Shown here in pieces: positions 1 to 10,826 of a stretch of 64,000 bases of DNA. Within the stretch, counting starts at the first letter, position 1. Each line of letters begins with the position of its first letter. The DNA is taken from the NCBI GenBank assembly GCA_963674965.2, contig CAXXFL010000006.1, positions 992,001-1,056,000 on the forward strand, given 5' to 3'. The DNA comes from a bacterium. GTDB lineage: Bacteria; RBG-13-61-14; DATKZS01. A model generated the notes under the pieces. The model did not search any database. It had not been told where the DNA came from and was given only the letters and a program-made list of their open reading frames with translations. The position numbers and the translations under genes were made by a program.

Positions 1-36
1 CCGGACGTTCCCGTAAAGGTCATCGTCGCGGAGTAA
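1..36 (+). CDS. 3' end of an unidentified CDS entering from the left edge (...PDVPVKVIVAE*)
   Basis: Frame 1 is open from base 1 to TAA at 34-36, has GC3-rich codons and is followed by a terminator hairpin. Confidence 0.5.
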   Translation, partial: PDVPVKVIVAE

Positions 37-52
37 CCCTTAAATCGAAACG

Positions 53-91
53 CAAAAAGGCGGGGGCCCTCGAGGTCCCCGCCCGCTTTTG
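53..91. terminator. Probable bidirectional intrinsic terminator
   Basis: GGCGGGGGCC-CTCGA-GGTCCCCGCC stem-loop with an A-tract on the left and TTTT on the right, between convergent genes. Confidence 0.75.
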
Positions 92-103
92 TAAAACCCT
101 TTA

Positions 104-1027
104 TTACTGATTCCGGAAAAACTCGACCGTCTTTCCCAGCCCCCGCGTCAGGTCCATCTTGGCTTTCCATCCCATAAGTTTCGCGGCCAGGGAAGGATCG
201 AGCACGCTTCTTCTCTGCTCGCCGGGCATGGGCGGTCCGTGCTTCTCGGGCATATTGGCTCCCGTGCTTTGGTTCAGGGTCCTGAAGATGGCGTTGACGT
301 CCGTCTCGACGCCGGTGGCAACGTTTATCGGACCGGTCACGTCCTTCTCGAGCGCCAGAAGATTGGCCCGGGCCACGTCGCCCACGTAAACGAAGTCGCG
401 CGTCTGGCCGCCGTCGCCGTTGATGGTGGCCTCCGCGCCGGCGAGCATCCTCTGGCAGAAGATGGCCACCACGCCCGCCTCGCCGTGAGGGTCCTGCCTG
501 GGGCCGTAAACGTTCGAGTAGCGAAGGGCTGTCCATTTGATCCCGTACTGGACCCCATAAAAAAACAGATAACGCTCGACGGAAAGCTTGGCCACCCCGT
601 AGGGAGACAAGGGCCTCTCGATATGCGACTCGGGGGCCGGAAAGGTTTCCTGCTCCCCGTAAATGGCCCCGCCCGTCGAGGCGAATAAAAACCTTTTCAC
701 TCCATGTTTTTCGCAGGCCTTCAGCAGACGAAGGCCCCCGATTATGTTGACCTCCGCGTCGAAGTCCGGATCGCGGACCGAGTCCCGCACGCTTACCTGG
801 GCCGCGTGATGGTTGATCACCTCGGGCCTATATTGGGAAAAAATCCTCTCGATGGCCTTCTCGTCCCTCACGTCGGCTTTCTCGAAGCCGGCTTTTTGAG
901 GAAGGTTCTCCCTTTTTCCCCGCGACAGGTCGTCCATGGCCAGGACCTCGTGACCCGCGCCCAGGTAAGCCTCCACCACGTGGGAACCGATAAAGCCGGC
1001 CCCTCCAGTAACCAGTATTCTCGACAT
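104..1027 (-). CDS. NAD-dependent epimerase/dehydratase (UDP-glucose 4-epimerase-like extended SDR)
   Basis: TGGAGFIG Rossmann motif, YGVAK (YxxxK), and LRYSNVYGPRQ and TRDFVYVGDVA motifs. Confidence 0.92.
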   Translation of the reverse strand: MSRILVTGGAGFIGSHVVEAYLGAGHEVLAMDDLSRGKRENLPQKAGFEKADVRDEKAIERIFSQYRPEVINHHAAQVSVRDSVRDPDFDAEVNIIGGLRLLKACEKHGVKRFLFASTGGAIYGEQETFPAPESHIERPLSPYGVAKLSVERYLFFYGVQYGIKWTALRYSNVYGPRQDPHGEAGVVAIFCQRMLAGAEATINGDGGQTRDFVYVGDVARANLLALEKDVTGPINVATGVETDVNAIFRTLNQSTGANMPEKHGPPMPGEQRRSVLDPSLAAKLMGWKAKMDLTRGLGKTVEFFRNQ

Positions 1028-1029
1028 GT

Positions 1030-2127
1030 TTATAAAACCTCTTTCTTGCCGCGACTCTCGAGGGTCTTTATCAGACTCTTCAGGTCATCCTCCTTGTCCC
1101 GCCTCATAACGAGAAGGGCGTCATCCGTGTCCACGACCACCAGGTCGTCGACCCCCAAAAGCGCGATAACCTTCGAGCCGCTCGCCAGGCAACCCCTCGA
1201 GCCGACCGAGATGCATTCCTTGTCCAATACGTTCTTCTCGCCGTCGCCGCCCCTCAAGCGGTAAAGGGCGTCCCATCCCCCGACGTCGCTCCATCCGAAG
1301 TCCCCCTCGATCACCACGACGTTGTCCGCTTTTTCCATGACGCCGTAATCCACGCTCACTTTCTCGAGGCGTCCGAACTCGCGGGCGATCACCCTCGCCT
1401 GTCCGGGCGTTCCCATGGCGGCGCCTATTTTTTCAAGCGGTGCGGTCATGGTGGGAAGATGCCTGGCATAGGCTTCCAGCATGATTTTGGCCCGGGAGAC
1501 GAACATGCCCGCGTTCCAAAGATAGCCCCTGGCCATGTACTTTTTTGCCAGGGCCGCGTCCGGCTTTTCCTTGAAATTTTTAACCTTGGCTATCCCGGAG
1601 CTCTCGGCAACCGCGGCGCCGGGCTGGATGTATCCATAGGATGACGTGGGCCGGTCCGGCTTGATTCCTATGGTCACGATTACGTCCATGCTCCTCGCGG
1701 CGCGGGCCGCCTCGAGAAGAACTTTCCTGAAACGGGCCGGCCGAAGGATGGAGTGGTCAGACGGCAAAACGGCCACGACCGCGTCTTCCCGCTCCGGGCA
1801 ATAGGCGCTGGCGTGGCGCATGGCCAGGCCGATGCAGGGAGCGGTGTCCCTGCCCTCGGGCTCGATAACGTAATTTTGCAAGGGGATTTCCCTGACGAGA
1901 CCGGATATCTTCTTCGAGAGGCCCTTGTCGCAGGAGATGAAAATCCTCTCTTGCGGAACAAGGCCAAGGACGCGATCGACCGTCTCTTTCACCAGTGGCG
2001 CCCCGCCGGTGATAGGAAGAAGCTGCTTGGGAATGGATTCCCGACTCCGGGGCCAGAAACGCCGGCCCTTGCCGCCCGCCATTATTACGACCGCCAGGTC
2101 CTTTTCCTTGCCTCGATTCTTTGCCAT
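1030..2127 (-). CDS. manC: Mannose-1-phosphate guanylyltransferase (no PMI cupin domain)
   Basis: MAGGKGRRFWPRSR..PKQLL, EPEGRDTAP, PSDH, FKEKP, WNAGMF, SVDYGVME, WSDVG motifs. Confidence 0.93.
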   Translation of the reverse strand: MAKNRGKEKDLAVVIMAGGKGRRFWPRSRESIPKQLLPITGGAPLVKETVDRVLGLVPQERIFISCDKGLSKKISGLVREIPLQNYVIEPEGRDTAPCIGLAMRHASAYCPEREDAVVAVLPSDHSILRPARFRKVLLEAARAARSMDVIVTIGIKPDRPTSSYGYIQPGAAVAESSGIAKVKNFKEKPDAALAKKYMARGYLWNAGMFVSRAKIMLEAYARHLPTMTAPLEKIGAAMGTPGQARVIAREFGRLEKVSVDYGVMEKADNVVVIEGDFGWSDVGGWDALYRLRGGDGEKNVLDKECISVGSRGCLASGSKVIALLGVDDLVVVDTDDALLVMRRDKEDDLKSLIKTLESRGKKEVL

Positions 2128-2131
2128 CCCC

Positions 2132-2899
2132 TCAGTAATCTCCCACCACCGGATCGAGCTTTTGCGCCAGCCGCCTGGGATTGGTCTCCAGGACCCGCTC
2201 GGCCGTTTCCCGGCCCAGAATTTTATCCGCCTTCTTGCGCCATCCCTTGAGGAACAGCCTCCTCAGTCCGTCGGCGCTATGTCCGTCGGTCCCGACCAGG
2301 TCGATAAGTCCGTCCCTGGCCATCTTCTTGACCGTCTTTTGCGCGGGTTTTCCCGAAAGGCCCAAAACGCTTTCCAGGTTGACCTGGAAATAATAGCCCT
2401 TGGACCTTAAGTCCTTTAGCACCTTGTGGTCCTTGAGAACGTACATGTACCTGTCCGGATGGGCCAGGATGGGCCGGAAAAACGGTATCCGCTTGTAAAG
2501 TTCCTCAGGGTCGTCCGGGTCGGGAAAGGTGGGAAAGTCCACGTTCAGCGGCATCTGCATCACCTGGAACTCGACGAGAATATAGTTCGAGTCCGCCATG
2601 CCGCATATGGGATGATGGAACCTGATGAGGTCGTGGAAGGGCCTGTCGAAATATACTTCCGTTCCGATCAAGGCCTCCAGGTCAAGTCCTTCCCCGGCCA
2701 GGGCCTTTTGGAACTCGGCCAGGACGTCGGCCACTTTCCGGGAGTCGTTCCTGAACCTTTTGTCGTCCATCAAATGGGGCGTGGCGAAAACGGCTTGAAA
2801 CCCGTTTTCCATAAGCACCCTGGCCATGTTCAAGGACTCCTCCATGGTGGAGGCCCCGTCGTCTATGCCCGGTAAAATATGGCAATGAGCGTCGATCAA
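2132..2899 (-). CDS. CpsB/CapC-family PHP-fold tyrosine-protein phosphatase
   Basis: DAHCHILPGIDDGA, ATPH, AHPDRY, GTDGH motifs; TTG start overlaps the upstream stop. Confidence 0.9.
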   Translation of the reverse strand: MIDAHCHILPGIDDGASTMEESLNMARVLMENGFQAVFATPHLMDDKRFRNDSRKVADVLAEFQKALAGEGLDLEALIGTEVYFDRPFHDLIRFHHPICGMADSNYILVEFQVMQMPLNVDFPTFPDPDDPEELYKRIPFFRPILAHPDRYMYVLKDHKVLKDLRSKGYYFQVNLESVLGLSGKPAQKTVKKMARDGLIDLVGTDGHSADGLRRLFLKGWRKKADKILGRETAERVLETNPRRLAQKLDPVVGDY

Positions 2900-3579
2900 G
2901 ATTTTCCCCGCCTTTCCCCCGCGTCACCGCCGGTTTTTCTGCTGACGGTCAAGTCTTTTTTGATGGAAGAGTGCGCCGGACAAAGAGGCGCGCCAGTCTC
3001 GGCGTCACGGTAATAAGCCCTGGCCCCGCATACGTCGCAGCGTTTGGAGAACGAGAACACGATGAAGTCGGTGAGAAATCGATCGAGGTTGGCCGATATA
3101 AGCTCTAAAAATGTCCTTTTTTTCTTTAAATACAGGATGATCGTTCCCGCCAGTATGGCCACCATCAAAACGCCCTGCACTCCGATGACCGTAATTTGGC
3201 GAAGATGCTCGTAATGAATGTAATTACCGAGACTTAAGTCAACCTTCGAGAAGGGCCAAAGCCACGCGTGGGGCCAGGAAGGATCGTTGGTGACCAAGTC
3301 GATCGCCAGTTGAAGGGACGCGGTAACCGAGCAGACGATAAACATCTCCAGCCTTCTTTTCTTGCTGAGAACGGCGAACACGGCGCCGACGAGCAGGCAG
3401 AAAGTCAGATTGTTGCTGAAGGTATGATGAAGCTTTTCCCAAAGCTCGGGCGGATATATGAATATGCCGTCGAGATCGGGCAAAAGGGACGCCAGCATGA
3501 TCAATCTGCGTTCACGCGAGTCATAACCGCGAGCCGAGGCTATAAGGGCGCCGACTTGAAGATGATATAACGGACTCAT
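2896..3579 (-). CDS. Membrane metal-dependent hydrolase-like protein (YdjM-like) with C-terminal CxxC...CxxH zinc-finger-like motif
   Basis: Several TM helices, N-terminal His, SLLPDLD, HHTFSNN, WLWPF; C-terminal CDVC...CPAH. Confidence 0.7.
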   Translation of the reverse strand: MSPLYHLQVGALIASARGYDSRERRLIMLASLLPDLDGIFIYPPELWEKLHHTFSNNLTFCLLVGAVFAVLSKKRRLEMFIVCSVTASLQLAIDLVTNDPSWPHAWLWPFSKVDLSLGNYIHYEHLRQITVIGVQGVLMVAILAGTIILYLKKKRTFLELISANLDRFLTDFIVFSFSKRCDVCGARAYYRDAETGAPLCPAHSSIKKDLTVSRKTGGDAGERRGKS

Positions 3580-3775
3580 CGACTATCCAATTTATAATGA
3601 AGATGAAGCGGGGGCAAATCGGCGTTAGAACCGATCGCCTAAGCCCGCGTTATTAATAATATGGAGGCGGCCGGCCCCGCTTCAGTCGAAATGGGGCCTT
3701 GGCGAATAATGGATTTAACGAGAGAAAAATGAACCGACAAAAAATGAGCCGGGGCAAGCCAAAAATATCTAAACG

Positions 3776-3784
3776 TGGTATAAT
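3776..3784 (+). promoter_or_regulatory. Extended -10 promoter element for tolQ
   Basis: TGG-TATAAT about 75 nt upstream of the tolQ start. Confidence 0.45.
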
Positions 3785-3859
3785 GCGTAAAACGACGCGG
3801 CCGGTGGCCTTGAAAATCCCCGGAGCGTCGGCGACAAGCGATTCATGAGGTACAGGTGA

Positions 3860-4639
3860 ATGCAAGAAATACTTACCCTCTCCTTTTTCTCGACCTTAGC
3901 TCCATTGTCCGCTCACGACTCCATGAGCGTCTGGACCCTTGTCTGGAACGCCGGGCCCATGGTCAAGTTCGTCATGTTCGTTCTGGCCATGTTCTCGGTA
4001 TTCGGCTGGGGCATTATCGGCTTCAAGTTCTGGCAGCTTCGCCAGGCCCATAACGAGTCCAAACTTTTCCTCAAGGCCTTCTGGGCTGGAGAGAGCCTTG
4101 AGCAGGTGACGATCTCGACCAAGCGCTTTCAGGCGACTCCCCTGGCCCACGTTTTCAGGGCGGGCATGGACGAGCTTGACCAGATCAGAAAAGGCAGAAG
4201 GAGGGAGGACGAAAGCTCCCTGGCCGAGTATTCCAAGGAGGAGATGGGCCTCGAGAACGTCGAGCGCGCCCTCCGCCGGGCCTCGACGGAGGAGATGGCC
4301 AAGCTGACCCGCTTCATCAGCTTCCTGGCCACCACTGGCTCGACGGCGCCCTTCATCGGGCTCTTCGGCACGGTCTGGGGCATCATGAACAGCTTCCAGG
4401 CCATTGGCTCGAAAAAGGGCGCCGGCTTCGAGGTGGTGGGCGCGGGCATTTCCGAGGCCCTTATCGCCACGGCCGTGGGCCTGGCCGCCGCCATACCGGC
4501 GGTGGTGGCCTATAACTATTTTCTTTCCCAGCTCCGCGCCATTCAGACGGAACTGGACAACTTTCAAATCGAGTTCCTGAACATCATCGAGCGTCATTAT
4601 CTTAAGAAAAGGTTTTCCTACCGAAGGATCGAGGAATAG
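3860..4639 (+). CDS. tolQ: TolQ (MotA/TolQ/ExbB proton channel)
   Basis: LATTGSTAPFIGLFGTVWGIMNSF and GISEALIATAVGLAAAIPAV signatures. Confidence 0.92.
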   Translation: MQEILTLSFFSTLAPLSAHDSMSVWTLVWNAGPMVKFVMFVLAMFSVFGWGIIGFKFWQLRQAHNESKLFLKAFWAGESLEQVTISTKRFQATPLAHVFRAGMDELDQIRKGRRREDESSLAEYSKEEMGLENVERALRRASTEEMAKLTRFISFLATTGSTAPFIGLFGTVWGIMNSFQAIGSKKGAGFEVVGAGISEALIATAVGLAAAIPAVVAYNYFLSQLRAIQTELDNFQIEFLNIIERHYLKKRFSYRRIEE

Positions 4640-4650
4640 GGGAAAAGACC

Positions 4651-5091
4651 ATGGCCATGCAAACGGGAAACGGCGGCTCGAACCTGCCCATGTCGGAAAT
4701 AAACGTCACCCCCCTCGTGGACGTGATGCTGGTCCTGCTTATCATCTTCATGGTGGCGGCCCCCCATTTGACGCAGGGCGTAAACGTGGACCTGCCCGAG
4801 GCCAGCGTGTCGCCCTTGCCCGCGGTCAACGACCAGTTGGTGATAAAGATAGCCGAGGACAAAAAGGTTTACCTCGAGGCCAACGGCGGCAACATGGAGT
4901 TTCAGGACCTCCATAAGCTGGAGCTGGCCATCAAGGACTGGCTTCCGCGCTTGAGCGGAAAAGAGGTTTATATTAGGGCCGATAAAAAGGTGCCCTACGG
5001 GTTCGTGGTCCAGGTCATGGCCGTTGCCCAAAACGCCGGGGCCGGGGGCCTGGGAATGGTGACTCAACCCGAGGAGATTAAAATAAAATGA
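4651..5091 (+). CDS. tolR: TolR (ExbD/TolR family)
   Basis: SEINVTPLVDVMLVLLIIFMV, RADKKVPYG. Confidence 0.92.
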   Translation: MAMQTGNGGSNLPMSEINVTPLVDVMLVLLIIFMVAAPHLTQGVNVDLPEASVSPLPAVNDQLVIKIAEDKKVYLEANGGNMEFQDLHKLELAIKDWLPRLSGKEVYIRADKKVPYGFVVQVMAVAQNAGAGGLGMVTQPEEIKIK

Positions 5092-5957
5092 GCGCGGACT
5101 CCGCGAATAACGTGCGAAAGAAAATGGACGCCAACGCCGGCTTCAGGTTTTTTCTGGCCGCGTCCCTTATCGCGCATCTGATCGCGCTGGCAAGCGTGGC
5201 CGTGTCGGGCTGCATTCACGGGAAACCGAAGTGGCAATACAGCGTGGTTTCCGTCAGGACCTTCGCCGCTCCTCCCGGGGCCAAAACCGGGCCGCCCAAA
5301 ACGGCCCCTTCCAAGCCGGCTAAGACCTTTAAACCGGCCGAAAAAAAGCCCAAACCCGCGGAGGTGAAAAAGCCCGACCCTCCCAAGCCCGAGGCGAAAA
5401 AGGTAATCTCCGACAATACGGCGAAAAAGAAGCCGGAGGAACCGAAAAAGAAACCCGAGGCGCCGAAAAAAGAACCGGCCGCGGAAAAGCCCAAGGAGGC
5501 CCCCAAAGAAGTACCCAAAGAGGAGCCAAAGCCCGATACGCCGCCCGAGGACATGGACGACATAAGCCGGCTCCTGGACGACGCGCCCGATTTTTCCTCG
5601 CCGGGCGACGCGGGGGAAGGAGACGCGGGAGTGGGCGGCTTCGCCGGCGAGCTCGATCCCCGGCTCCGGATTTATTACGGCGACCTCTCGCAAAGGATGT
5701 GGGAGGCCTGGCGTCTTCCTCCCACCGTTCCTTACGACGCGGGCCTCGAGGTCATCGTGCTTTTCGTGATCGACTACCAGGGACGGCTTCTCCACTTCGA
5801 GATTCAGAAGGAATCTGGCAACTTCGACATGGACCAGTCGGTGAAGGACCTCCTGGCCGACCTGGAGGACAAAACCTTTCCCGCCCTGCCCTTCCGGCCT
5901 GAACAGGACAGCGTAAAATTCAAGCTGCGCTTTACGCCCAGCCCCCAGGGACCTTAA
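5088..5957 (+). CDS. TolA/TonB-family energy transducer
   Basis: TM anchor with S-x3-H (SLIAH), Pro/Lys/Glu-rich linker, C-terminal TonB/TolA-like domain (W..P...ESGN..MDQSV); directly follows tolQR. Confidence 0.85.
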   Translation: MSADSANNVRKKMDANAGFRFFLAASLIAHLIALASVAVSGCIHGKPKWQYSVVSVRTFAAPPGAKTGPPKTAPSKPAKTFKPAEKKPKPAEVKKPDPPKPEAKKVISDNTAKKKPEEPKKKPEAPKKEPAAEKPKEAPKEVPKEEPKPDTPPEDMDDISRLLDDAPDFSSPGDAGEGDAGVGGFAGELDPRLRIYYGDLSQRMWEAWRLPPTVPYDAGLEVIVLFVIDYQGRLLHFEIQKESGNFDMDQSVKDLLADLEDKTFPALPFRPEQDSVKFKLRFTPSPQGP

Positions 5958-5971
5958 AAGGACGAAACATA

Positions 5972-6718
5972 ATGAGCCAAGAAGAAGAGGACAAGAAAAA
6001 AGGACCGGCCCAAACGGTCCGCCTCGAGCTGAACTGGAGGCATACCGCCGTGGCGGCCATTGTCGTTTTCGTTCTTCTCGAGCTTATCTTCCTCTCCTTC
6101 CAGAAGCTCTCCCGCCATGACGGGCCGGGGCCAAAAGAAACGCCGGTTAAAGAAAACGCGGCCAACGCCATTATCCCCGACCCGCCGCCGGAAAAAGAGG
6201 CGACGACGAATGAGGGTCCATCGCTCATGGACGCCGGGACCTCCGCGCAAGGGGGCGACTCGATCATCCCGGACGCGGCGGATATCGATCCCGCGCCCAA
6301 GCGCGAAGTCCATCTTGACGGGACCATCGAGGAGGACCTCGCTCCCACGCCTTCCAGGAAGGAGGAAAAACCCGGCTCGTCCGCCTCGACGGCCCCGGCT
6401 TCCGGGCCAATCCAGGATGAGCCATCCTCATTGTCCTCCTACCAGGCCGAGGTCGCGGACGTCCTCTACTCGCGATGGCGGGTGCCCCTCTCCATAACCC
6501 GGCCCGAGAAGATTTCTTATGAAGTGAAAATCGAAATCGGGTCCGACGGCGAGATTCTGTCAAGCACCGCCCTCAAGGCCTCGGGCGACCCGGAACTGGA
6601 CCGGTCGGTGGAGGACATGCTCGAGAGGGTCGGACGTCTTCCTCCCCCTCCCCTCGGAGCCGGCAAGAAAAGTCTGACCCTTCCCCTTCGCTTCTCTCCC
6701 CGGTCCGAGCCGATATAG
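5972..6718 (+). CDS. Second TonB/TolA C-terminal-domain protein
   Basis: Single TM, low-complexity linker, YQAEV...RWRVP...IGSDGEI...SGDPELDRSV...LPPPP. Confidence 0.8.
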   Translation: MSQEEEDKKKGPAQTVRLELNWRHTAVAAIVVFVLLELIFLSFQKLSRHDGPGPKETPVKENAANAIIPDPPPEKEATTNEGPSLMDAGTSAQGGDSIIPDAADIDPAPKREVHLDGTIEEDLAPTPSRKEEKPGSSASTAPASGPIQDEPSSLSSYQAEVADVLYSRWRVPLSITRPEKISYEVKIEIGSDGEILSSTALKASGDPELDRSVEDMLERVGRLPPPPLGAGKKSLTLPLRFSPRSEPI

Positions 6719-6749
6719 AAGCCCGCGTGGCCGGCCTTTGAAAAAAAAC

Positions 6750-7784
<1,035 letters not shown>

Positions 7785-7785
<1 letters not shown>

Positions 7786-8705
7786 TGCGCGCTCTTATAA
7801 CCGGAAAAAACGGGTTCGCGGGAACGCACCTTGCCAAACTGCTTTGCTCCCGCGGACACGAGACTTTCGGGCTGGAGCTCGGCGGCCAAAGGGTTGACCT
7901 GGCCGACGTCCGGTCCCTTACCGGCTTGGTAAATGAAATCAAACCGGACCTGGCGTTTCACCTGGCGGCCGTGAGCGGAGTGGGCGCGTCCTGGAAGGAC
8001 CCGGACGCCGCCTTCGCCGTCAACGTGGAGGGCACGAGAAACCTTATGCAAGCGGTCGCGGACGAGGCCCCCGCGGCGAAATTGCTCTTTGTCGGCAGCG
8101 GCTCGGTTTACGGCGGTCCCGATCCCTCAGGGCGTCCCTTCAAGGAGGATGATCCTCTCGATCCTCGAAACCCATACGCCAAAAGCAAGGCCGAGGCGGA
8201 AAAGGTCTGCCGGATATTCCATGAGGAGAGAGGTCTGGACGTCCGGATTGTAAGACCCCTCGGTCATGCCGGGCCCGGCCAGAGGCTGGGCTTCGTGGCG
8301 CCGGACCTGGCCTCCCAGATCGCCCGGGCCTCCCTGGCCGGGGATAAAGGGCCCTTCGAGATCGAAGTCGGTTCCCTCCAGGTCAAGCGGGAGTTCGCCG
8401 ACGTGAGGGACGTGGTAAGGGCGTATCTTATGATCATGGAGAAAGGCGAGCCGGGACGGACGTACAACCTGGCCACTAACGAGCCTCACTCCATCGAGGA
8501 AGTGGGACTTACGCTCATCGAGGCGGCGGGCATCGACGCAAGGCTTAAGTCGACCATGGAAAGGAAGCGCAAGAACGACGACTCGACCCCCGCCCTGGAC
8601 ATGGAAAAAACCCGGGCCCTGGGGTTCGATTACGAAATACCCTTCCATGTAACCATGGCCGACGTGCTAGGCGATTGGAAAACCAAATTGGGTGAAAAGG
8701 CGTGA
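7785..8705 (+). CDS. rmd: Rmd-like GDP-4-keto-6-deoxy-D-mannose reductase (extended SDR)
   Basis: ITGKNGFAG, NPYAKSK, GPGQ..GFV, REFADVRDVVRAY; translationally coupled to gmd. Confidence 0.7.
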
Positions 8706-9733
8706 ACGCTCATTCTCGCGACTATCTATTCGATATAAACGGCCTTATAAAAACGGCCGTTTCCGGCCCCGCCCTTCTCACGGGTCCCGTTGCTCTCGAG
8801 CTGCAAAACTATTTTGTCAAGGAACGGACCGGCGAGAAGCCCGATCTTATCGTCAACCTGAGATATCTGGGGCAATGGCCGGGCGCCGCGCCCGGTGATG
8901 GGAATAGACCTCATGCCTGGGAGGGAAAACATCTCATCGCCAGGTGGAAGGCCCAATGGACCGATTCTTCGTCCGGCCCCCCCTCGCTCGATTTTTATGG
9001 AAACCTGGCCTCCCGGTTTATCGTCAGCAAATGGATAGTCGAGCCGGCCATCCGGGTCGTCCTGGCCGGAAAAGGAATATCCATGACCCACGCCGCCGCC
9101 GTCTCCGACGGAAAAAAGGCCCTCCTTATAAGCGGGGAAGGCGGAGCGGGAAAAACCACCTTTGTACTCGACTGGCTGGCCGCCGGGCATCCCTACTCGA
9201 GCGACGACTTCTCCATCATCGACCGGGACAAAATCATGCCCTACGTGACTCCCATGCGGCTGGGCGCCATGAACCTGATCATGAACCGGACGCTCTCTTC
9301 CTTGCCCGCCCGTGACAAGGCCGAGATATTTATACGGACCGCCGTCAGGCGGGCGCTGTTTAAAAAGGTCAAGCTCTATTACAAGGGCAATCCCGCCGAG
9401 ATAATCCCGCGATACGAGCCCTCCCCTCCCGTGCCAATAGGGGGGGCGGTGATTTTATCGAGGTCCGGCCCGGGCAAGATCGAGAAAGTATCTCCCGAGT
9501 CAATATCCGAGACCATGAAGAAAGTCGACGTGGAAGAATCTCACGGCTTCGGCCAGACCTACCCCGGCCCGGCGGAAAAGGGGCCCCTGTCGGCCGATTA
9601 CTGGGACCGCCACCGGGAGCGCCTTTTCAAGGTCCTGGCCGGAAAGCCCTGTTTTCGAGTCTCCAACTTCAAGCCGCCTGCAAAAGTCCTGGCCTCGGTC
9701 GATGAACTTATCGCGTGGCTCGAAAAATCATGA
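8702..9733 (+). CDS. HPr kinase-like P-loop protein
   Basis: HAAAV...GEGGAGKTT...YSSDD arrangement typical of the HprK C-terminal kinase fold. Confidence 0.65.
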   Translation: MNAHSRDYLFDINGLIKTAVSGPALLTGPVALELQNYFVKERTGEKPDLIVNLRYLGQWPGAAPGDGNRPHAWEGKHLIARWKAQWTDSSSGPPSLDFYGNLASRFIVSKWIVEPAIRVVLAGKGISMTHAAAVSDGKKALLISGEGGAGKTTFVLDWLAAGHPYSSDDFSIIDRDKIMPYVTPMRLGAMNLIMNRTLSSLPARDKAEIFIRTAVRRALFKKVKLYYKGNPAEIIPRYEPSPPVPIGGAVILSRSGPGKIEKVSPESISETMKKVDVEESHGFGQTYPGPAEKGPLSADYWDRHRERLFKVLAGKPCFRVSNFKPPAKVLASVDELIAWLEKS

Positions 9734-9788
9734 GCCGCCGACCGCTCGAGCCTTGGCCCTCGGATTGCCGCGTTTTATTGAGAAGAGC

Positions 9789-10826
9789 TTAATGATCGGG
9801 ACCGAGCAGGCTCATGACCTCGGTCTTGGCCATATTCCCCGGCAGATCGACCACGTAGCGGGGGGCGGACCCAGGCGGAACAAGGGCGAGGGTCTCCGAG
9901 TAAATCTTCCATCCTTCTTGCAGGCTAAGATAAAAATGCATGGCGCCGATCACCCGGTCGGGATGGTGCAGATAATAGGGCTTCACTCCAATCCCGGACA
10001 AACCCTGGAAAAGATCGGCCAGTTCGCGGGGCGAGTCGTTCACTCCCTTTAAAAGGACCGACTGGTTCCAGGTCGCGACGCCGGCTTGGGCCAGCTTTTT
10101 GGCGGCCGCCGCGAGCCCGGGTCCGACTTCCGCCGCGTGGTTGGCCTGGGTGACGATGACGCCGACTTTGTTTTCAGCAAGTATCTGGAGGATACCATGG
10201 TCCATTCGGGATGGCGCCACCACCGGCGCTCGCGAATGGACCCTTATACTCTCGACCGAGGGTATGCGCCTGAGGGCCGACAGCATTCGGTTTAGTCCCT
10301 GGTTGGAAATGGTGAGGGGATCGCCGCCGGAGAGTATGACCTCCCTGATTTGGGGACGCGAGGCCAGGTAGCCCGTCCAGCGCTCGAGGCGGTCATCGAG
10401 CGGCCGGCGCTCGCTCGGGGTCCCGCTCTTCCATATCCGCTTTCTCATGCAGTGCCTGCACCTTACGAGACATGCATCGGTGGCCAGGATGAGGACCTTT
10501 TCCGGGTAGCGGTGAAGGAGTCCGGGCGCGGCCTCGAAGTCACCCTCCCCCATGGGGTCATCTTCGCCGGCTTGGTCCAATTCCTCGCGGCGCGGCGCTA
10601 TCTGGGCGAAGACGGGGTCGGAGTAGTCCGGCGTCTTGACGAGTTGAAGGTATTCCTCGGTAGCCAGGACGGGATAGACCTTTGCCGCTTTGTTCCAGCC
10701 GGCCGGTGGAGAAAACCCGGGGAACCTTGCTTCCAGCATGGAGGCAAGATCGACTTTCCGACCGAAAAGGCGCGCGGACGGGAAGTCCCGCGTCTCGATC
10801 GGCCGTTCAGTCCGCGCCGTCTTCAT
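9789..10826 (-). CDS. KamA-family radical SAM protein (lysine 2,3-aminomutase/EpmB-like)
   Basis: GLLHRYP, CLVRCRHCMRK (CxxxCxxC), SGGDPL, NQSVLLKGVND, PYYLH, YVVDLPG...K. Confidence 0.92.
   Translation of the reverse strand: MKTARTERPIETRDFPSARLFGRKVDLASMLEARFPGFSPPAGWNKAAKVYPVLATEEYLQLVKTPDYSDPVFAQIAPRREELDQAGEDDPMGEGDFEAAPGLLHRYPEKVLILATDACLVRCRHCMRKRIWKSGTPSERRPLDDRLERWTGYLASRPQIREVILSGGDPLTISNQGLNRMLSALRRIPSVESIRVHSRAPVVAPSRMDHGILQILAENKVGVIVTQANHAAEVGPGLAAAAKKLAQAGVATWNQSVLLKGVNDSPRELADLFQGLSGIGVKPYYLHHPDRVIGAMHFYLSLQEGWKIYSETLALVPPGSAPRYVVDLPGNMAKTEVMSLLGPDH

Noticed and set aside
5280-5545. Repetitive AAGCCC/GAGG-rich tract that might be a tandem repeat or CRISPR array
   Set aside because: It encodes the Pro/Lys/Glu-rich TolA linker; there is no constant repeat-spacer period, and no cas genes occur in the window
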